A stretch of 64,000 bases of DNA. Source: Massalongia carnosa. Its lineage: Eukaryota. The stretch is from positions 1,612,001 through 1,676,000 of the forward strand of contig OZ287075.1 in NCBI GenBank assembly GCA_965645245.1, given 5' to 3'. Under the pieces are notes generated by a model, which saw only the letters and a list, made by a program, of their open reading frames with translations, had not been told where the DNA came from and did no database searches. Positions 39,471-52,147 of this stretch are shown one piece after another (position 1 is the stretch's first letter; each line of letters begins with the position of its first letter). Both the position numbers and the translations under genes were made by a program.

Positions 39471-40055
39471 TTACGGGACGGGACTCAATGGATACAGGAA
39501 CTCTACAGGGTCTAGTAGAGGCTGAGGGCGATAGAATCGACTGATCGGAAACACGGTTTGTGGAGGATCGCCTTCTTTGGGCTGCGGTGGCTCAGTAGCA
39601 ACCCAACAGGCAATACCTTCAACCCTCCAATTTGCGGCCTGAAGTTGTTGCACGTTGACCGGATCTGAAGTCCAGATGTGATCACCGGTGGCATCTTCGA
39701 TAAGTCGATACAAAGGCACGGTACCAACCGCTTCTGCACCGTACACATAGAAAGCACCATCCTCCATCCACACGCCAGTACTTAAAACCTGTTGTTTCTC
39801 CGCCGGATCGCTTGTGTAGAAGTACTCTACATTTATATTATTGGCGTCGATCGGAGAGCGAAGTTGAGAGAAAGGGATCAGGTTTGGAGCTGCGGCCGGA
39901 TTTTTGTATGCGTATCCAACAGGGCCTTCGTATTCAAAACCAGAATAGTATATGTCAGTCTCATGGTAGTCTTCTACAGTAAGATAGTATCTGTTTAGAC
40001 AATTGACCGAGACAATAGCAATAAAAAGAACGAGCAATCTGAAGGATGCGGCCAT
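39471..40055 (-). CDS. Intronless secreted protein with DUF5648-like repeats
   Basis: Signal peptide MAASFRLLVLFIAIVSVNC; repeated module YFYTSDPAE...EDG and VPLYRL...GDHIWTSD...WRVEGIACWV resembles DUF5648. Confidence 0.7.
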   Translation of the reverse strand: MAASFRLLVLFIAIVSVNCLNRYYLTVEDYHETDIYYSGFEYEGPVGYAYKNPAAAPNLIPFSQLRSPIDANNINVEYFYTSDPAEKQQVLSTGVWMEDGAFYVYGAEAVGTVPLYRLIEDATGDHIWTSDPVNVQQLQAANWRVEGIACWVATEPPQPKEGDPPQTVFPISRFYRPQPLLDPVEFLYPLSPVP

Positions 40056-41270
40056 TGATAAGGCCGTGGCAAGATAATGACAGTGCGATATTGAATCTAA
40101 GTATAGAAAGGGCTCTAGCAATGGACTGGTTTGTGAATGCTAAGTAAGAGAGAGGAAGAAGAAGGAATGAACGGGGTTGCTGGCCCATAAAGTAGTGTTT
40201 TACTTCCCTCTTGGAGCTCTGAAAGGACTGTGAAAGGGCTGAAGAGCTAGGCTCATATAAATCTCGAATACGGCACGTCGGCCGGCTTTAAGCAGGTGCC
40301 TACAAGGACTCGATTCTGTTTTGTCCAACAGCATTGGTTATTCAATCTCCATCAGGAGGCATGAAAGGGAACCTCAGCCGCCTGTCCTGCAACAGGAACA
40401 CGGCTGTACACCCGTAATTGTTAATGCGAATAGGCTTTCCACGTCAAGGAGTCGGGAATGTTTACTGAGTGCTGTGTGTCCTTACTCTGGGTCAACCGAC
40501 ACGTAACTTGGCAATCGAGAGGCGTTTGTCATGTTCAAGGATGGACTTTGGTGATTAAATTAAAGAGTGCAACTTTGTAGCCTGATTCATCACTGACTGC
40601 CTACGGTTCCGGTTCCGTAATGGTAACCATCAAATAGGCTGGGCAAGTCCACGGCTGACCACAGCTTATGGTGCGATTTTTAAAGATTTGATTTTTCAAA
40701 GATCCTTGCTGCATCCTTTGAACGTTTACTAGAGGGTTATTATTGCTTGTTCCGGGGCGGGTCTAACCAGGCTAAGGCCGCAGATGCCGGGCTGCTTCCA
40801 AGTGATGCGGAAGATATAGGGGTTCTATCTGCTCATGAACCGTTTGGAGATTGATTGGTGACGCAATGTAGGGTTTTCTGATTTGGAACTTACGATCACT
40901 TCTTCACTATCAGTATTTTCCCTGTCCGCGTCGATTATGTTCATCTAGTACAAATTGCATTGTTAGATGAGGTCTGGACACCGATTAATACTCCAGCTAT
41001 TTTTATGCCTCCCGTCATCCAATGGCTAACTAATCTGTCAAACTCATAACTATGGAGTCTTGACGTCAAATGATGATCGCGGTTTTATAACTTGCTAACA
41101 TCATCTTTCTGCGATGTTGCAGAACCGAAATAAATACTTGCTCCCGGGATGATAACGGATCAAGCTGTATCTGCTCAAAGCCATACCCCTGACGGAATAG
41201 ATACGCTGACTAGTTTCCCTTAGCTAGTGTTATTAAATGGGCCGGCAGCGTGATCTTGCATGAAGAAGAT

Positions 41271-41563
41271 ATCAGCTGCTGACAGGTGGGGGTGCTGTCA
41301 GCCGTGCGGGAATCAATGTCCCGAGCTGATTTTTTGTCAGCCGTGTCAGTTTACGTTCTGACACCAGCATGCAAATTAGGTGGCTGATCAGCTGCTGACA
41401 GGTTGGGGTGCTGTCAGCCGTGCGGGAATCAATACCACTGATGTCCCGAGCTGATTTTTTGTCAAGCCGTGTCAGTTTTACGTTCTGACACCAGCATGCA
41501 AATTAGGTGGCTGATCAGCTGCTGACAGGTGGGTGCTGTCAGCCGTGCGGGAATCAATACCAC
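41271..41563. repeat. ~116-127 bp tandem repeat (about 2.3 units) rich in TGTCAG/CTGACA inverted pairs; terminal region of the Crypton
   Basis: Unit ...GCTGACAGgt(g)ngtgCTGTCAGC...GATGTCCCGAGCTGATTTTTTGTCAGCCGTGTCAGTTTACGTTCTGACACCA; the second half recurs at 50076-50130. Confidence 0.92.
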
Positions 41564-42214
41564 CAATCGAAGCGTGGCCCCACCCAAATTAGTATGTGCC
41601 GGTGGCTCAAGTAAAGTTTTTCCGTCCCCGAACTTTGTCGATTTCTCAACCACCACGTTCAAAATCCACCTCCACCACCACCTCCAACCTCCAACCACCT
41701 CCTCCAACCACCCCCATACCCGAGAAAGCGGCTGGGACAAGCACGAAAACATGACAATGAAGGCCTATATGCAGGCTATTTACGCATGTGCCTCTCAATT
41801 GCTCTCGATGCGAAACGTCATCGCTTCGAGGTTGAAAAAGGTCGACGTGACTGCTTTTGCGACAAATCATTTACACTGAACTCGGTAAATTAATTACTTG
41901 AAAGAATTGAAGATTATTTATCATGATGATTGCACGTAAATGACTGCACTGTCTTTAGAATGCAGTATGAATGTGGAATAAATAAATTAACCTAGCAATT
42001 CAACTCCAAACATGTCCAAAATTCAACCTTCGTACTCCATTTCCTATCGAAAAAGACGGTGTAAACACTGGAAAAACTGCTGTAAAAACACCCATCACCT
42101 CCAAAAAGTGCGGGAAAATACGAAAAGCAAATGGTTCAACGAAAATCTAAAACAAACTCCAAAAATGCACAAAAAATCATTCATCCACCCTTTCCTTCGT
42201 CATTCCGATTCTCG

Positions 42215-44711
42215 TCACCCTCGCTTGCCCTTCTTGATCTCGTTGGCCAGCCCGTTCAACTGTAGTACTCCTCGCTCGCTATCCAGCTGCTTTGCCATCT
42301 CTTCACGTGAACCTGCCCCAGCCCGGCGAGTGAAGTACTCGATGATGGTAAGTCTTTGGAGTAATACTGTCGCTCTTTAGCAGGCTATCCTCGTCTCCAG
42401 CCGGAACCATAGCTGGAGTTTAACTTTCCCACAGCTGGCCCGGTGCCCAAACCAACAGTCCACTCCCTCCACAAATCCACCACTGAACAGACCTGTCGAT
42501 TCAAAAAATAAGAAGACGAGGCCGGAAGTTCGACAGAGACGTCAGCGCTGAAGAAAGCAAGCGCATGCTCGGATGGCGAGGGCGAGCGGGTGAGACTATG
42601 AGGCCGAGAGCGACGAGAGCGGGGGCGATGAGAGCGAGGAGTAGGAAGATCGTGAGCGGAGGGGCTCGAGGAGAATGAGGTGGTGGCCGCAGGGGGGTGA
42701 AGCAATGGATCGAGCGTATTTAGTGGAATCGGTGACGTAGCTCGAGGCAATTGACAAATCTGGGAGGGGGTCAAGGTGAATGTGACCTTGCCGGTTAGAA
42801 AATCATCCAATTTGCCTTCCATCAGACTGAACAGCTCCCTTTGTTTCAAGAATCCAGCGTTCATCAAACTGGTGAGGCCCACATGCAAAGCAACCACCTG
42901 CTGACCCAAGTGAGGCAAGGCAGTACGAATCAAACTGTTTTGATCCATCTCCTTCTCGTCCAGATGAGCCAAAACATCCGCAGCAAAAATGACATACTCC
43001 GGCAGAGAAAACAAGCGATGATTCCACAAAGGATGCTGAGGATATTTCTGTCGAAGAAGCACGGAGTCCTGCAGAAATACCACACGAAGATAGTCTAATA
43101 GCCTTACGAACTGAATAGTGGCTATATCATCGAAAGAATGCTTCAACCACTTGTCTAGAGAAGGCCAGAAAGAAGACAAAAGCTCTGAAGATGGCGTGAC
43201 TGCTGCTCGAGCGATATGATAGGTTCCAGGATGCTTTGGATCGAATCCAGCAATGCCTCGCATGAATTCTCTAGGCAGGGACGTAAGATAGCCCTTGTGC
43301 ATGGAGTCGGTAGTCCAATGAGCTGCACGACGTATCTGATCCTCCTGAATGCCTTTCAGCTCGGCATACTTTGTTCCAGAACCTCGCCCAGCATGAGTGA
43401 CCTTGCTATAGGTGAGGCCGAGGGGACTGTACACGCTGTGAATCCATTTGCGCTGGCTGGAATCAGAGATTTCTTTGCTGACGTCTTTAGGAGAGGCTAT
43501 TAAACAAGAATCGTCAGTCGCATTATATCACTGAATTATTTCGCCGAACTGATAAAAACAATACAATAAAATGAAGGCAGATTCAGAGAAAAAACGATAT
43601 TTTATTCAAAAAAGGGGGGGAAAGCGGAAAACTTCGAAAGCAGATGGACGAATTGAGAGCAATTTAGTGAAATGGATTGAACAAAAAGAAAAACTGTGAG
43701 AAACGTCGTCAAAACAGTGAGAAAATGAAAGAAAATCTCCAAAACTCACCGATCAGGACTCGTGTATTATACCAGTCCTTATTGCTTCCAAAATTCGGAA
43801 AAGGTTCACCCGATTGCTCCCAACGCCAGAAAAAATACACCGATAATGCACTCATACCACAAAGCGAAAGGTCCTTGTGCCTCAGTATCCCATTGTACTC
43901 GATGCGCCCATTCTGATTGGTTTTACCATTGCCCATGAGGTAAAGCAATGCCGGGCAGGGCGAGGGACCCTCGTTGTCAAACATGAGTAGCTGTAAATCA
44001 GGAGACTCACCCCGAGCAAGAAGAAGGTGTCCCATAAGATAATCTAGACGTCCTCGTAGGTTACCTCCGAGAATGGAGGCCTTGAAGGAGTAAGACTGCT
44101 TCCAAAACTCCTCCAATATTTCCCGGAGGGCCTTTTCATCATAGCCATCTGCTACCGTTCCTCGACCTCGATCCTCGAAGGCCAGCTTCTTCTTGATATG
44201 CTGATTTCGCGAAGAATCCTTCATAAGAGACTTCAGCGCATTGCCATTGGGATGAGGACGATTGTGCTGGCCTCGGGAAACTTGATAGGACCACAGCTCT
44301 ATCAGCGCAGTCTTGTATCCCCTTATTGAATTGTATTTGAGAGTTTGAGAGTCCTGATCCTCGTCCGAGTCAGAGTCGAGGGCTTGAGCTTTGCGATTTT
44401 TCTTTGCCCGGTTCATGACCCTGTCCTGAAAAAATCGCACCACTTTGGCTTCATGTACAATTTCTCCATCATCATAGTGATGCTCTTCGCAGAAAATCTG
44501 TGCCTCAATTAGTCAATTTAAAAAATCCACATAGCCTAATGAGAGTGAATTTTAAAAGGGGGGTTACCTTCCATTCCTTGACCACCCGAGTATACGCGCG
44601 ATTGGTGTTTTTAGGCCTGCTAATTTGCGTCAAGGCCAGGGCAGAGTGCTGTGCACGAAAATTGGCGGTGTCATTGTCCAGATTACGCTGAACTTGTTCG
44701 ACGGTAGCCAT
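42215..44711 (-). pseudogene. Crypton tyrosine recombinase (Ndc10-II-like YR + C-terminal GCR1_C domain), damaged
   Basis: ATG at 44711 (RPKNTNRAY), introns 44567-44498 and 43749-43497; motifs LLARGES, NGKTNQNGRIEY, RHKD, KVTHAGRGSG, AAHW...KGYL; GCR1_C VVDLWREWTVG...GSGWRR. Stop at 42385-42387 and a frameshift truncate the tail. Confidence 0.87.
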
Positions 44712-45034
44712 TGGTAAATATTTGATAAGGGGGAGAGTGACTGTGTATTGGAGGTGTTCTGCGCGTGCGACCGATAGGGCTGAGATTGAACGCGGGCGCA
44801 AATGTGGTAGGGCTGAAAAGTGAAGAATTTGAGCTGAATAATTAATGAAGGCGTAGGTGAAATTTTGATGCTTAGTAAGCAAATGGCTATTTTTTAACCA
44901 GTAATTAGATGGCAGCAGGTGCTTATTTATATGGTAGCAGGCTATAAGTTCACCGTGAGACATCAGAGATATCACTGGGGATTTTGGTGGGGCTGGGTGC
45001 GGATATCACTGATGTCCCGGTGATCGAGGACGCG

Positions 45035-46496
45035 ATGAACATTCAACTCGAAAACACGTTCGTGATCGCGCACGCGGAGCAGAGAGATCAACTGCTGTTC
45101 AAGATAGATGACTATCTGATAGGTATAGGAGACGGAGGGGAACCGGAGGGAACAGGGATTCTAGAGGAGGTGAAAAATTTTCTCGATAATCAGAGAAGCA
45201 TCGACAACAACAACGAAAACATACCGAAGCCCATTCACGACACCCTGACTGAAATACAAAGAAGTCTAGCCCGTATCGAAAGTGCTAAGACAGCCACAAC
45301 AACCACAAACAGCTATTCCGCAGCCGCCACCAGAGGTCAAGCCTCCGAGGCCCCCGATTCCCCGCCGCACCAAGCCAATCACTTCTTCAAAACAAACCGA
45401 ACCCTCACCACAAGAAGTTCGTCAGGCCAGAGCAATGACCGTAGTCATTTCCAGCGCAAGCGACAAGGAAAAAATAAAGAACATGCCCACAAAAGATCTC
45501 GTGGAGACACTACAAGCAGAAACGGAGGGGATTCGGGGAGTTTCCCGCCTCATAAGCGGAGATCTCAAAATTCACACGGAATCACTGGAAGTCAAAAAGA
45601 CTCTACAAGAGAAGTCGGAATGGACCCGAAAAATAGCCGACTCAGCGGCGATTAAGACACGGACATACTCGGTCAGAGTAAATGGTGTCAAGATGGAACA
45701 CGTCAAAACCGCCAACCAATCGCAGGCCATAGGGTACCTGCAGACTGCTAACGCACGCCTGCACCCGAACCTGCAGATAAAGAAAATAGCCTGGTCCACC
45801 AGGGCTATAAGGGAAAAGAAGGCGCTACATATGGAAGTCGCCACCGCCGAAACGGCCAATCGGGTCATAGCCGAGGGTCTCATAATCGACTATGAAATCA
45901 AAGACTGTGAAAGATTCACAAAGGGATGCACCATGACGCAATGTTTTAATTGTCACAAATATGGTCATATAGGTCGATCATGTCCCAACCCCACCGCCTG
46001 CGGTCACTGTGCTGGGGCTCACCCTAGCACCGAATGCAACATGGAAACAACAGGTAGATATCGAAGATGTGCTGCATGCAGTGAAAAGGGACACGAAGCC
46101 TGGTCAACATCCTGCGAAATCAGGAAAGTCGAAAAACGCAAAGCAGAGAGGGCCATGCAAAAACGGGTCCCATTCTACCCAGTAGTCGCCCCCGTACCGG
46201 CCCCGTTCAGGTTCCAGAGCGAAAACATCAACCCGGTCCTTGGCAGCACAAACAGCAAAAAGAGGAAAACCGTACCCCCCTCCGATACCCCCCCGAATCC
46301 CCCACGAACGGGAACATCCTGGGCTGACACGGGCATCATGAATCCAGAAAACATGACAAAGGCCCTTGCAAAACCAGTTGTAGGTAGACCCCCACTCAGA
46401 CCCCGAGCTGTATCTACTGCCCCGGCGATAATCAGAGCAAACAACACCACCAACGACCCCTCGACCTCCCAGGCCGAATCAATGGACGTCCTATGA
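45035..46496 (+). CDS. LINE ORF1 gag-like zinc-knuckle protein (one frameshift near 45380-45400)
   Basis: QCFNCHKYGHIGRSC, CGHCAGAHPSTEC, CAACSEKGHEAWSTSC. Confidence 0.85.
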
Positions 46497-49400
46497 GGGA
46501 CACGAAATCTCTCTCCATATTGCAGTACAATGTCAGAAATGACAGAGTGAGTACAATGTTACCCCTCTTAGCCGATCCGAACACTCAAGACTATGACATT
46601 ATCGCAATTCAGGAACCCTGGCGCAATCCATCTATTCCTACCACGTTAAGCTCTCATCAAAGTGGGTTTCATTTATTATATCGCCCAAATGGAGACACCA
46701 GAGTGTGTTTCTACATAAATGATACTATTGACCCTGATAGCTGGGAAGTAAAGTATCCGTCGGCCGACATGTGCACCCTAAAAATTCGAATGAAAATTGG
46801 AAACACATCAGACGTGATCCACGTCCACAATGTGTATAATCCCTCTTCCATTTCCTATTCTTCTATAGACAGTCCGTCCACGCTAGCAACAGTGAAACGC
46901 CAATTAATTGCAGAGACAAAACACATTTTACTGGGCGACTTCAACCTACATCATCCATTGTGGAATCATTCGTCGAGGCCTACTCAACATGCGGAGTCGG
47001 AACAATTACTGAACATAATTGAAGAGGCAAATCTATCACTAACACTTCCAAAAGGCACCATTACATGGGAGGCTAGACAATCGTCTAGCACAATCGATCT
47101 TGTATTCATGTCAGAAGAATTAATGGATAGACTAGAACATTGCATGTCAAGACCGGAACTCAATCAGTCGTCCGATCACATTCCGATCTCCACCCGAATT
47201 GCGCTGAACAGTGAGGTTCAAACAATCAGAGAACGCAGGGCCTGGAAACTGACGAACATGAGAAAACTGAGAGAAGCGGAAAAGAGGGCGCCCCCCCCGA
47301 AGACCCCCCGATCCCCCGCCGAAATCGATGCTTACACCGTGTCAATTCAAAAATTTCTTCAAGAAGTGATAGAAACCTCTGTACCTTGGGCTAGACCCAG
47401 TAAGTACGCCAAACCCTTTTGGAATGATGAATGCAGTGTGATCACGAAAGAAACTCGTAGGCTCAGACGTGTCTGGTCCAATTCCAGAGACATTTCTGAT
47501 TGGATAACATACACAAAATCCAATCACAGAAAACAAAAAATCATTCAAAAGGCTAAAAGACTGTCGTTCCGCAAGGAAATAGAAAAAGCCACCGAATCGC
47601 CTACTGGTCTCTGGCGACTAGCCAAATGGGCGAAAGACAAAAGTGACCAGACAAGAGAAATTCCCAAAATGCCCAAGCTCGTTCGAGACGACCAAGTAGC
47701 AGAGACGTTCGAGGAGAAATCGGACATGCTAAAACAGAAATTCTTTCCACCCGCCCCTCCGGCCGACCTCAGCGACATAGAGGGTTCATTTTACCCCAGC
47801 CCGCCACAATGTCCAATGATCATAACCAAACTAGAGGTGAGAGAAGCCATACGCCGACTCAAGCCCGATACGGCCCCGGGTCCGGACGGAATAGCGAACA
47901 GAATTGTAAAGGCATGCTCGGAAAAGCTAGTCGAATTACTCACCCCACTGTTTCAAGCATGTGTAGAACAAGCATATCATCCTCGTGCATTCAAAACCGC
48001 CAACACAATCACGCTCAAGAAAACAGGCAAGGATGACTATTCGGCCCCGAACGCCTATCGACCCATAGCACTCCTAAACACGCTTGGAAAAGTAATGGAA
48101 TCCATCATGTCACAAAAAATAACCCATCTAGCGGAAACCCACCGACTCCTGCCCGACACCCAGATGGGCGCCAGACGAGGAAGATCAACCGAATCTGCAC
48201 TAGAATTGTTGACTGAACAAATTTATACAGTGTGGGGCCAAGGCACAGACAAAGTAGCCACATTATTGAGCATGGACGTAGCAGGAGCCTATGACACAGT
48301 GACACATCGAAGACTGATTCACAATCTTCGCAAAATGAAAATCCCAAAATGGATCACTGACTGGGTGAACAGTTTTCTGAATGAAAGAAGCACTACCCTG
48401 GCGATTCACAGCCGAGTCACGGGCATATTCGATGTAAAAACCGGAATCCCACAAGGCTCCCCCATTTCTCCTATTCTTTATCTGTTCTACAATGCAGACC
48501 TACTAGACATATGTGAAAGACCAGGCAGCAACACGAGTGCTCTAGGCTTCGTAGATGACATCAATGTGCTAGCATACGGAAAAAGCACCGAAGAAAATTG
48601 CAAGACGCTAGAGGTAATTCACAAAAAATGTGAAAAATGGGCAAGTCGACATGGTTCAGTCTTCGCTCCGAAGAAATACGAATTGATACATCTGTCAAGA
48701 AATCCGAAGAAATTCAACATGTTCACTGTTATTCAAATAGGAAATAACATCATAAAACCAAAGACAGACATCAGAATTCTAGGACTTCAAATCGATTCAA
48801 AATTGAAATGGGGTGCTCACACAAGGAAAATCCAGGAAAAAATGACAAAACAATCCAGGGCATTGACAAAAATATCCACCTCCACATGGGGCGCCACTCT
48901 TCTAAAGGCATGCCAGGTTTACACCGCCGTAGTCCGGCCGGCCATGACGTACGGCTCCACCATTTGGCACATGCCAAAAGAAATTCAAAAATCAAACGTC
49001 ATCTCAAACAAACTGGCTGTCATACAAAACAAATGTCTAAGAAACATAGCTGGAGCCTTCAAAGCAACGCCCATAGCTGTACTTGAAGCAGAGACATTTA
49101 TAGCCTCAATTGACATACATTTAGATCAACTACAGGCCCAGACCAGACAACGCCTGTGTCGAAATGATCAAAAGAGTTTCATCACAAATGCATGCAACAA
49201 AATAGCCAATAAACTTCGAGGTCGGCAGTCATCACTCCAGGAACGCTGAAATACGCCTGGGCCAAGAGAATCACATCGGAGGCACATGACCCTCCAACAC
49301 CGACACCAAATCCACCATGGGCCGAATCCCCCCCGAATCTCGCCCGAGAAATAGGGGAGGCACGCGCCGCTCATAACAAAATAACTGCTCAAATAAAAAA

Positions 49401-49833
49401 ACTACACACATTTGCATGGCAGGCCTCGTGGAGATCATATCAGGAACACACACCCGTTCCCACCCCGGCACAATCAGGTTCACTCTCCAAAAAACGCATC
49501 AAATTGCACGAAACTCTAGCCAAGGCGGAGAGCGCGCTAGCCATTCAGATACGCTCAGAAAAGATAGGCCTAGCCGCCTTCCTACATAGACACCGAGTCC
49601 CAGACGTCTCGTCCCCGAACTGCTCATGTGGCTGGCACAAACAGACTGCAAAACATGTGATCATGTTTTGCAAACTCAACGACAACAGAAAAACTCTGCT
49701 AAATACGATAGGTACAAACAACTATCGATTAATCACTGAGTCATCTAAAGCAATGAAATTAGTCACAAAGTGGCTAATGAAGACAGGTTTGTTGTCACAA
49801 TTTTCGCTGACAGCACAGCATCTATACTGCTAA
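46493..49833 (+). CDS. LINE ORF2 endonuclease/reverse transcriptase (frameshifts after ~49230)
   Basis: APE motifs IIAIQEP, LLGDFNLHHP, SSDHIPI; RT motifs APGPDG, YRPIALL, GIPQGSPISP, GFVDD; C-terminal CSCG...HVIMFC; no RNase H domain seen. Confidence 0.92.
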
Positions 49834-50035
49834 CAGTAGGCATGCTTTGTTTCATTTTTCATACTTGTCTTAGATCAAAGGTTTTTTCATGGAGCACACG
49901 GCTGGGACCCGGAGGGTCCTCGGCCGGACACAGGATTGCATGGTTTTTCTTCCTCAAAAGGTTTTCCATGTACTATAAAACTAGATAGACTCGCCCGCAT
50001 GGGCCGGCCTTCGGCCGGTACCACATCGGAATAAG

Positions 50036-50076
<41 letters not shown>

Positions 50077-50738
50077 CTGATGTCCCGAGCTGATTTTTTG
50101 TCAGCCGTGTCAGTTTACGTTCTGACACCACAACTTGACAGAGTAAATTTCACGTGCTCTCAGAGTTTTGAAAAGATTTGAGCCTATGCGCTGATGAGCC
50201 CGTGGCATTCAAGCACCCTCGAGGTCGATTATAGCTTGAATAATTAATTATAGCAAAGCCTTTCTCTGTAAGGGACGGTCAATAGATCGACCAGTTTTAA
50301 GCCATGTACATTTTAAGACGGGAAATTGCGTACCTATAAGTTGGCATAGAATTTCTCTTTCTTGGCGAGCATTGAATGTCCATCCTCGCGTCTTCTCACG
50401 GAAAAAACCAGCTTCGAAAGAATTTTGATCGAAGAATTTGACAACCACGTAGTTCCTTTACAGCTGCTGTCCTATGAGGTCTTCAGATTTGTAGAGCGGA
50501 CTGAACGGGTTTGGTTGCTGAGAAAATTGACCAGGATAAGTGAGATTTTTGGAAGGACTTCCTTATTAGACGCCAAAGCTCCTAGAAAACCCTTCGATAT
50601 GTGTATTGGCACTAATTTCGGAGCATAACTTATCATAGCCCTAATTTGGTAAGGCAGGAGAGGTTGACATTTTTGTAGAATGCACGAAAGCTTCGTTGGC
50701 TCGAATATTTCCAAAAGCAAAATCGTCTAGATCAAATA

Positions 50739-51442
50739 TTAAGCCCCATAGGCCTCATTGTTCTTAATCTCACGGGCTTGAAGGGCTTCCTCACGCCTCA
50801 CTCGTTTTTCGACAGTTGTCACTCTTCCCTCCCACTCCGTCCAACATTCACCCCCTCCCAACACCCCTATTTCATACCATCGCTGTAAGGTCGCAGCACT
50901 TCTGAGCCTTAGATCAGCCACCGTTTTCGCATGCGCCTCTTGCAACAGCTTCAACCGAGCAAGTCTTGGCTGTAGCGAGATTAGAGACACCGACGAATCC
51001 ACAGAGGGTATTGGGACGTCGTTAATCGAAGTGAGGCGTGAGGCCGTGTTAGGATAAGATGTAGCGCACGAACTAACAATGGCCAAAAGCTCGGACGTGG
51101 TCAGCGATGTTGAGGGAATATCCGAGGTTGTCGGTTGGAAAAGGTCAGGATGCGCCGAGTCTGTATTAGGAGATGTCAGATGAAAAGTGACCAAGAAATA
51201 TCGAGGGACTTACAGAGCTTGAGAAGACCACCGAGAGCGGGTGAATTATTGGAAAGTCTACGTAAACCGCTCTCGACTATTGCTAGACGGGCAAACACAG
51301 TTTGGTCCTTTTCCTGACCTGCAGCATCATGAGGTAATTCTTCAGCCTCATCTTTTCCAGTCAAGAGGAAGCTGAGCCTCTGCAGCCGGCGCGCGAGCAA
51401 GTCAATGGTTGCAAGCGCAGTCTTCTCCTCTAGATTACCCAT
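50739..51442 (-). CDS. Nuclear distribution protein RO10 (dynactin-associated)
   Basis: Two exons: MGNLEEKTALATIDLLARRLQRLSFLLTG... and HPDLFQ...TASRLTSINDVPIP...LRLRSAATLQRWYEIGVLGGGECWTEWEGR, typical of fungal ro-10 homologs. Confidence 0.8.
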
Positions 51443-52147
51443 GACTTGATGATTGTTCGGATATTTTATTCTAACGCGGACCCTGAAGCATAGAAATAAT
51501 TTAATTTACTTACATAGATGAAGTCGTGTATTTTATATTAATTACTATGTCACTACCAACCCACAGCCTAAGCCGTTGAACCTTTCTCTTGTTCAATCTC
51601 GTTTAAAAGCCTTTAAATCGATAACTCTTCTACAAGACCAAGGCCCTATCTATTTATTACACCAGTGTGCATCCTTTGACATGTCTCAAAGGTTTTTCAA
51701 AGCACAGCTTGTAGAAGCGTAGAGCTTCAAGGACAAACTATATCCAACAGGTTTTGTGCAAAATTAAATACGATCTTGAACTGCTCTCGACACAGGCTTT
51801 GCATATCCCTGTGAAACCTTTCTACTGAATTGTTGAGCGTTTGCATTGGGAGGTTATGACATCTGTGATTCGATAATTTTGATAAGTGCTTAGCCACACC
51901 TAGAGCGTTACTGTAAGGCTATGTGCGCCTTGCAATTGAAATAACTGTCCTCCGCTTTCTTTTGTGTTCTCAATTTTCCTTTGCAGACTTCTCTTACCCT
52001 CGCTACTTCTCTAATCTTGGTTACTTTGAATTCGGGGTTGCCTTTCATACTGTCCATTATTAGTTTGTACTTTAAGCAACGCTTTTCCTCGCAAGATTGC
52101 AATATTGATGCTGATGCATAGCCGAGGAGATCCTAAAGGACGCAAGG

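Larger units (their letters stand above)
45020..50072 (+). mobile_element. Near full-length Tad1-like LINE with (CAT)n tail
   Basis: ORF1 with three CCHC knuckles, ORF2 with APE, RT and CCHC finger, conserved 3' hairpin at 49993-50019; 15-bp TSD ATCACTGATGTCCCG at 45005-45019 and 50073-50087. Confidence 0.96.
41271..50130 (-). mobile_element. Crypton (tyrosine-recombinase DNA transposon) with a LINE inserted in its right-end repeat
   Basis: YR + GCR1_C gene flanked by shared terminal repeat units. Exact ends are inferred from the repeats. Confidence 0.75.

Noticed and set aside
1..51442. Two dynein-pathway genes (DLIC and RO10) in one window
   Set aside because: They are 50 kb apart with unrelated genes between; there is no evidence of functional clustering.
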